Assembly: GCF_009914755.1 (NCBI RefSeq)
Contig: NC_060948.1
Strand: one strand, 5' to 3'
DNA length: 64,000 bases
DNA from: the human T2T-CHM13v2.0 reference genome, Homo sapiens
Under the pieces are notes generated by a model, which saw nothing but the letters and a program-made list of their open reading frames with translations, was not told the origin of the DNA and searched no databases. The position numbers were made by a program, and so were the translations under genes. This document shows positions 55,591 to 64,000 of this stretch, piece after piece. Numbering within the stretch: position 1 is the stretch's first letter; each line of letters opens with the position of its first letter.

Positions 55591-57579
55591 CTTATATGAA
55601 GCCCTTTTCTGAGTAATGTTTAGTTAATGTATTGAGGTTTTTATAAAACTGAAATAATGACTTGCTTAAAATTTACCTTAACTGTTACCAAAATTCCTTC
55701 AGTACATAGGACTGTAGTTTGGAAACAGCTAAATGAACAAAGATGTCTTGAAGCTGTCTTAGGACATGAATATTGTACTCTTTTCTATCTCCTGTGTTAT
55801 TTAACTTTGGTTTGTCTTCAAATTAATAAAAATATTCTAGTAAATTATGTTGGGTACCAACATTAAAGACCAAAAGAAATCAGCAATGCACAAATTTAAC
55901 TTTATAAATACGAAGAAAGAAGTTACAACAAATACCAAAAGTTATTTAATAAAAGGATATACCGTTTATACTCCTAATTTTCAAAGTAGTTAATTTCTTT
56001 TTAATTTTTGTGATTATTGCTTATTTCAAACATGGGGTATTATAACTGAGTTCACAGAAAAGTTATTATAAAAGAGTAATAAAATAATAATATACACTGG
56101 ATGTAATATGGTAAAGTTTGGTCAAGTAGGCAGGAGTAAAGACAAGTGAGTCCTCTGCCATGAGTAACTTTGGGGAAATAAGTACATTTTGGGGAATAAG
56201 TTACTTAGTCTTTCTAGGCTTCAGTATCTTCTTTTGAGAATAATGCATTTTCTGAATTACATAAGATTATTTACATGATTAAATCAGAATTATTAACACT
56301 CAATAAATATACCTATTAACCATAGTTGTGGAAGAAAGAGGAGCATAGACAGAAGCTCCAAAAGTCAAAACATGGTTGTAGCCATAAAGCAAAATACAGT
56401 TTGTTTACAAGTATCTAAGACATTTCTGTATGCTTTTAATCGTGTCTTAGGGTTGTGACAAAGAAAGAAAGAATACCCACTTCCTGCCCTGGAGAAGCTG
56501 ATTGCACAGAAAAAGAAACAAGGCAGATATACATGCCTCAGTACATTGCCGAGACAACATAAAGCACAAGCAACCAAGTACAAAGGTAAGATACCTAATT
56601 TGCAATTTTATATTCTGTCTGTTTCATTTGCTTCTTACTGGTGTGATTAACCATCTCTATATGTGTTAAATTCAACACCCTAGGGGTCATATGGGCTATA
56701 GTACCAGAACTTACATTACAATTTTTCTTCCAATAGTGGCTGTTAACCAAGTATTGGTGAACATCCCATATGAAGACTCTACTAAAAGTAAAGCTACCGT
56801 GACCGCGATGTTTGGATGACATAATTTACTGAATCTAGGAAAGAGAAAGAAAGTGTGTGTTTTGTAATCCTATAAATGATAAGTGCTGAGAAACTAGTAG
56901 CTGAAAGACAAACTATTTCTGCCCACTGAAAGGAAAAAAAATGAAGAAATTCTAGGAGAATCATTTACTACAGTTAAAATATTCTAATTTTTAAATTTAG
57001 TTTCTATCAATATCTATACAGAAAAGTAAAAAAAAAAAAATAATAATAATAAAGAGCTTGAGTATAAACATTACCAAAATTTAAGCATCCCATATTCTCT
57101 TATTTGGAGGTTTATCCTAAATAGGTGACCTACAAATATGATATAACTTTTTTACCACTTTATTTTCAAATGAATACTTTCCATAGGCAGTTTGATGATA
57201 GTTCTTAACTAATTTTTTTTACAAGTTCACATAACGTAATTTGAAAAAGAAATTTGTTTCTTTAGCAGAAAAAGCTCTCATTTGAGAAAAATACATAGAG
57301 AATTTTAAAAAAAGCACAGCTTATGAAACAGATAACATAAATATGTCAGTCACAGTAACTCAGAGATTTCAGCCATATTATGAAGAAGAACTTCCTGCAT
57401 AATTCTTTTAAAGTACACTAATTTCTGAGAGAAAAACAGTAGCTGCTATCAGAATCTTCAAAGTAATAATAATGAATAATTAGAATTTACCTAACTGTTC
57501 TGCTTCTCATGTTTGAAAAATCATAGTCTATATTTTTACCTATGCATTCAATTGCAGGAATACTGTTTCTGGTGGAAAC

Positions 57580-58158
57580 TATATACATATAAAAATTATA
57601 TATATAATATATAAACTATATAAATTATATATAATTCATATATAATATATTATATAAAATTATTCTTATATATATTATATAAAATTTATATATAAATTAT
57701 AAATGTTATATATTTATAAATTATAAATATATAATATTTATATACAATATATTATATATAATATTCTTATATTATATATTATTATATTATGTATATTCTT
57801 ACATTATATATTATATATAATATATAATGTATTATATAAATAATATATATTATATTATATAAATATATATTATTTATAATTAAAATAAATATTAAATATA
57901 ATGTAATATATAATATATAATATAATATAAAATAAATATATAATATGTTATTAAAATAATTAATTTTAATATATTATTAAAATAATAATAAATAATAAAT
58001 AATATTAAAATATATAATTTATATTATATAATATATATTATATGTTTTATATTTTATATATAATATATAATATAATATATAAGAATAATTATATGTAATA
58101 TATATTATATAATATATAAGAATAATTATATATAATATATTATATAATATATATACAT
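57580..58158. repeat. AT-rich (TA/TAA)n low-complexity tract
   Basis: About 580 bp almost entirely A and T. Confidence 0.95.
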
Positions 58159-59192
58159 ATGTGGCTGTTGGATCACAGAATTCATGTGACAAGTAGTACC
58201 AGTATTTTTGAGTACCACAAGTTTTTCTGGTGGGTGAGATCTAACAGGGAGCAGATATTCCCACTCAAAAAGTGCTCACAACCTGAGATAAGAAGAAAAA
58301 ATAATGCTTGTAGTATGAAAATAATTCTGTCCACTTGTCTTTCCATCAAGTGACAAATTAATATTAACAACAACTCATTTATCAATGCAGCCATTTTTGA
58401 AGGAGTATTTTAAATTTTGATATTAACAACAAATTGAGTGACTATACAGATTTTTAACTACAGACCCCTTAGGTCCATATTTTAATGACATTATATCTGT
58501 CTGTTTTTTTAAAAAATGTGTTTGTTTAAAAAAATCTTTTGATTATATACATTTACTGTGTCAATGCAACTGTAAATAAATTAACAAAAAAGGTGTTTTT
58601 ATAAAGGAAACTCTTCTTTCTACATAGATCCCACAAGACAAATAAAGATCTGACCTTTTAAGTGGTGAGTTTAACTAGAAACTTCTTCAATGCACTAGAA
58701 AATATACTCATACAGATAAAAACATAAACAAATATAATTTCACACTTTCCAATTAAAGATCTGTAGAGAATGTGTTGCTAATTGTATTCTTAGCCCTCAG
58801 TTTTCTCTTGAAATGAACTAAATTTTGTTATAATTTGTTAATTTACTTACATGACTTCCCACCCTGAGTTTCAGTTCCGTGTAAGATTTGAACATTACTA
58901 CTTACTTTGTTGGACAGAGGTGGACATTTAGAAGTCATACAATGCACTCAAAATTTCTCTTCTCACATTATGATTTTTAAAGCCATACCTCTCTTAGAAT
59001 TTAAATAGAATAACGTTAAGCAACTTCAAGGCTTGGTTTATTAAAATATTTCTCATGAATACATTTTAAATATAAACATTTTGTACCATTAAATTTGGCT
59101 TCTTTTTACACTAAGGAAACATATGATTCAATAAAACTCAGTTTAGTTACCAACACCAAATATAGGGGAACACTTAAGAAATACATATATTA

Positions 59193-59523
<331 letters not shown>

Positions 59524-59739
59524 TTAATTTAATATTGTCTGACATAAATGATTTTACATATGTACCTGATAGCTACAAAATTTTAAACTAGTTGATCAAA
59601 AACAGACAAAAAAAACATGAGTTAACTTTTTCTAAATGAAAATAGACTTTCAAAGTAAACTATTATTAATGAACAAAAACAGCTTTATAATTTAAAAACT
59701 CACTAGTATTGCCTTGTCTATGGAATATATTGCATTCAA

Positions 59740-60000
59740 ATTCAGGAGTTTGAGACCAGCCGAGCCAACATGGCAAAACTCAGTCGGTACTAAAAATGTC
59801 AACAACAACAACAAAAAACTTCCGTTTGGGCTGGCAGGTGCCTGAGGTCCCAGCTACTCGGGAGGCTGACTCAGGAGAATTGCTTGAACCTGAGAGGCAG
59901 AAGTTGCAGCTAACTGAGATCCTGCCACTCCAGGTTGAGCAACAGAGCAAGATTTAATCACACCCCACTCACGTGCCAAAAAAGAATAAATAAATAAGAA
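59740..60000 (+). mobile_element. 5'-truncated Alu
   Basis: tcaggagtttgagaccagcc...cccagctactcgggaggctg...caacagagcaaga. Confidence 0.82.
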
Positions 60001-61019
60001 AAGATCAAATTAACTGTGAATACATCAGGTATTGTTTATGCCAGTTCACCTGACCAAAGACAAAAATCCAGGTACTGATGGAACTTACATTTTCACTTTA
60101 GTGGAAAGTAGTGACAACGTCTATTGATTTTATTTTTATGTAAGAAGGATAAGGATTTGGGGTTCATTTATAAGCATGTGAATAGTATAAGCTCAAAGGA
60201 GATTTGAGCAAAGAAAGAGGATGGTAGAAGAAGACATGCAAAAGAGAATAAGAAGAAAATAATATATGGTTGTTTGTTACATTATAAAGACCATGGTTTT
60301 AGCTTAGGAAAAAGGGAAGCTGGTATTGAATGCTCATAGGTAGAGTTACTTTTTAAGGTAAGGGCAACGTTCTATATTTAAATAATAGTGATGGTTGCAT
60401 AACATTGAGAATATCCTGAAAATCACTGAATGTGTACTTTAAAATGGTTAATTTTATAGTATCTGAGATATAATTCACCTAGTTGTAATAGTGGTAATAG
60501 TGTAATACTTGTAATAGTGGAAGGTAGGAGATCAGTAAAGAGGCTGAGCTAATCAGATGAGAAATGTGGATAACCTGTATCTGGATGACAGCATGAAAAA
60601 TAGGGAAAAGTGGTTAGATTCTGGACCTGTTTTAAAAGGAAAACATGAAGAATTTGAGGACTAATAGAAATGAGGAGATGAAAAGAAAAGCATCAAGGAT
60701 GACCTTTCAGTTTTAGGCCTTTGCAACAGGATGTAATTACTATCAGGTGAAATGGGAAACACTTGGGGGAGGGAAGTTGTTTGGAAGGAACATCAGAATT
60801 CAGTGTATAGCCTTGAGATCAAATTGCCTGTTAAACATGAATATGTGCAATAGAGTCATATATGATTTGGGTTTGGTAAGAGACTGGCTGGAGACAACCA
60901 TGTGGGACTCATAGTACCATTCAGAAATCCATCATACAGGCAGAGATAACTGGGAGATTGGGAGCAAATTCATCAGGAATTGTTCAAGGAAGAGGGTGTC
61001 TAAGAAGTAACTTATATTT

Positions 61020-61310
61020 GGTCAGGCCTGGTGGCTTGCACCTCCAATGCTAGCACTTTGGAAGCCTGAGGCAGGCAGATGGATTGGTCCTAGAAACTCA
61101 AGTCCAGCCTAGGATACATGGGAGAGACCCTGTTTCTACCAAAATTAGCTAGTCTGGGTGGCCTGTAGTCAAAGTCGCCCAGGAGGCTGATGTGCAAAGA
61201 TCACTTGAGCATGGGAGTTTGAAGCTGCAGTGAGTTCTTGATTGCACCACTGCACTCCAGCTTGGACAACAGAGGCAGACCCTGTCTCAGTAAACAAACA
61301 AAAAAAAAAC
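61020..61310 (+). mobile_element. Old Alu (J-like)
   Basis: ggtggcttgcacc...gctgcagtgag...ccactgcactccagc...gaccctgtctca. Confidence 0.82.
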
Positions 61311-63075
61311 CAAAGACAAGAAATTAAAATTAATATATATATATATATAAATATTTGGCCAAAAAAAGGTGATTATTTTAAGTATAGTATATTTGGTAGA
61401 CTGTTGGGGATGAGTGCCTGACTGGTAAGGTAAGTGGAATTTTCAAATGAGAGCATATTACCAATGGAAAAAATACTCACCTGAAATTCAATGTAACATT
61501 TTAAATTTAGCAATTAGGGTGTCACCGATGGCCTTTGAGAAAGGACTGTGACTTCCTTGTTGTGGGATAAAACCTGAGACAGTATATGAACTGATGGAAA
61601 GAAAATCACTAATAGAAATTCTCTGTTGATATTAAAAGCAGAGAAAAATGTCAGTACCAAAAGAGACAGTTTCTGTTGTGGATCATAAAATATGGAGTTT
61701 TTATATATGTGTGATAAGGAAATCAGGGCAGTGAAGAAGAGAACAAAAGAAATTACACGAAAGAGGAAAAGATCAATCACATTGATGGGTTGGGTCCAGG
61801 AGGATGTATTTTAAAACGTGATAAAGGTTTTGTCTTTGAATAAATACGTGCATATAGATAAAGGTGTGATTTAGATCAGAATAACAAACAACAGAAGTTG
61901 AGGAATTTAATACTGTACAGTATAAAACTTAACAAATTGGAGGAAAGGATGTTTATGATAAGTTATGAGAATAAAAGCAATGCAAAGAAAGTTCAGGAAA
62001 TGAACATATTATCAAATAAAAACAAAATAGGTAACTTCTTGATTCTTCCCTCCCACTTTTTTAAACTGCTACTTCTATTTTTCCCATTGATATATTTTAA
62101 CAAATGACCAACATCTTCTTGGGAAATATTATGTTCTCTCTCTGATAATTTGCATTATATTCTTACACATTTCATGCCTTTTTATTATATTAACAGAATT
62201 TTTATTCAGAAAAGCTGTCTAAATTCCTTTCCAATATTTACTGGATTTAAAAGTACTGTTGCCTTTTATCTTCCTTTTTAGCCATTTTTGTTGAATATTG
62301 ATTGCTTCCCACCCATAATGACTAATTGACCTTCACAATATATCATTAATTTCTCTGACAGTTTGTCTAGAAAGAACCTAATATGAGCTATTTCATACCC
62401 CCCAACAAAATAGAATTTACATCTTCTATAACCATGCAAAGTCTGGATTTCCATTCTATTTATATTGAAACTTTACTTGATTAATAACTTCATAGCATCA
62501 CGCCAAGAAACAGTATTTTAAATGCAAAATGACCAACATCTAACAATAAGTGGAACTTAAAGGGCTCACTGTTTTGTATTCCTTTCCAAATCAGAAATAT
62601 CTGCTAGATAGTTTTCTTAGTGTCATCATGGTTGGACTTGGCTTAGACCTTGTGCCATTTTGTTTTAGTCAATGTCAGCAGCAGACATTGACTGTAGAGC
62701 ACCAAAAGAAAACTTATGAGAAATATATCCCTTTCTTCTTACTACTTGAAGACAGGAGTATCATCTTGGTGTTAAGAGGTAGTTAAGGCATCATAGAAGT
62801 TTTATTGTCTATTTCCTTGAAACATTGTTTGCTGAAGAAATAATATGTCAAGTTATTTGACATATTGACTAAATTATGTCAAATGCTTTAATTGACTGCA
62901 TATGTCAAGTGGTGGTTCAATATTTCCTAAACCAGATATATATGTTTTATTGTGATTAGTGATCCATACTTACCTTTTTACATTTTCCATGAATAGTGAA
63001 TTATACAGAATCTTGTTTTCTTCTGTTTGGATTTGATACAGAACTATACTGGATTCACTGACAAGAAGAGTTTGA

Positions 63076-63428
<353 letters not shown>

Positions 63429-64000
63429 GTAAGTGACGACACAAATGTCTCTCATTCTGTTTCCAACAAGTAAATAGAATACAAATAGTTCCCTAACAAG
63501 ATTAAGGATGGGATAATCATTGTTCCTCTAACTGAAATACATCCCTGTTTAGTTTTATTTAGTTTTCACAATTCTGAAAATTTTCCTATTCAATTTTTAT
63601 CAGTCATAAGATAATGATAGCTTTTAAAAAAAAAAATGAAAATGGAATTTAGTTAGTGGTTTTTTTCTGCTCCTTTTAATATTATTCTCATTCAGCCTAA
63701 TGGGCATTCTAAATAGCAATGAGGGATATGAATATAACCTTAAATTAAGGAATGAGGGTAGAGTGAGACAGAAGAAAGTATGGCTCAAAAATAATCTCAT
63801 AAGTTTTATTTGTCAACTCATGTGATTTAACATGTTAGTGGTAGATTTTCTACTCATCCTTAAATTTGGAGCTGTGACTTGGAATATCAAAATGTAGCTA
63901 AACAATTCATTTCCATATGACTTGTCTGTTACTATACTGATTTTCACGAGTACTGTAAATTTTGTAAGAACTAATTTCATTCAGATCTGCATTTAGACTT

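Overview
Primate genomic DNA (Alu, L1PA, MIR/L2, MER and MLT repeats) with no intact protein-coding gene. It is a mosaic of decayed gene copies. In order: degenerate telomere-like repeats (1-1.5 kb); a processed ELOC/TCEB1 pseudogene (+); an intron-containing OFD1 pseudogene (-, exons 1-5 and 7-13) head-to-head with an intron-containing TRAPPC2/SEDL pseudogene (+, with a fossil AT-AC U12 intron); the 3' end of a RAB9A copy (-); 3' exons of a USP9X/USP9Y copy (+) with a U1 snRNA retrocopy inside one exon; a possible old HSFY-like relic; and the first coding exon of an XKR3/XKRY copy (+). This gene set is typical of the ampliconic/palindromic Y chromosome of human or apes (inference, no search run). 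All gene calls come from manual translation and comparison with remembered human sequences. I found no convincing new biological system. The best leads are an L1 with an extended ORF0 and antisense promoter facing the OFD1 relic, an in-frame L1 ORF1-ORF2 fusion, the still-open TRAPPC2 exons, and several rearrangement junctions.
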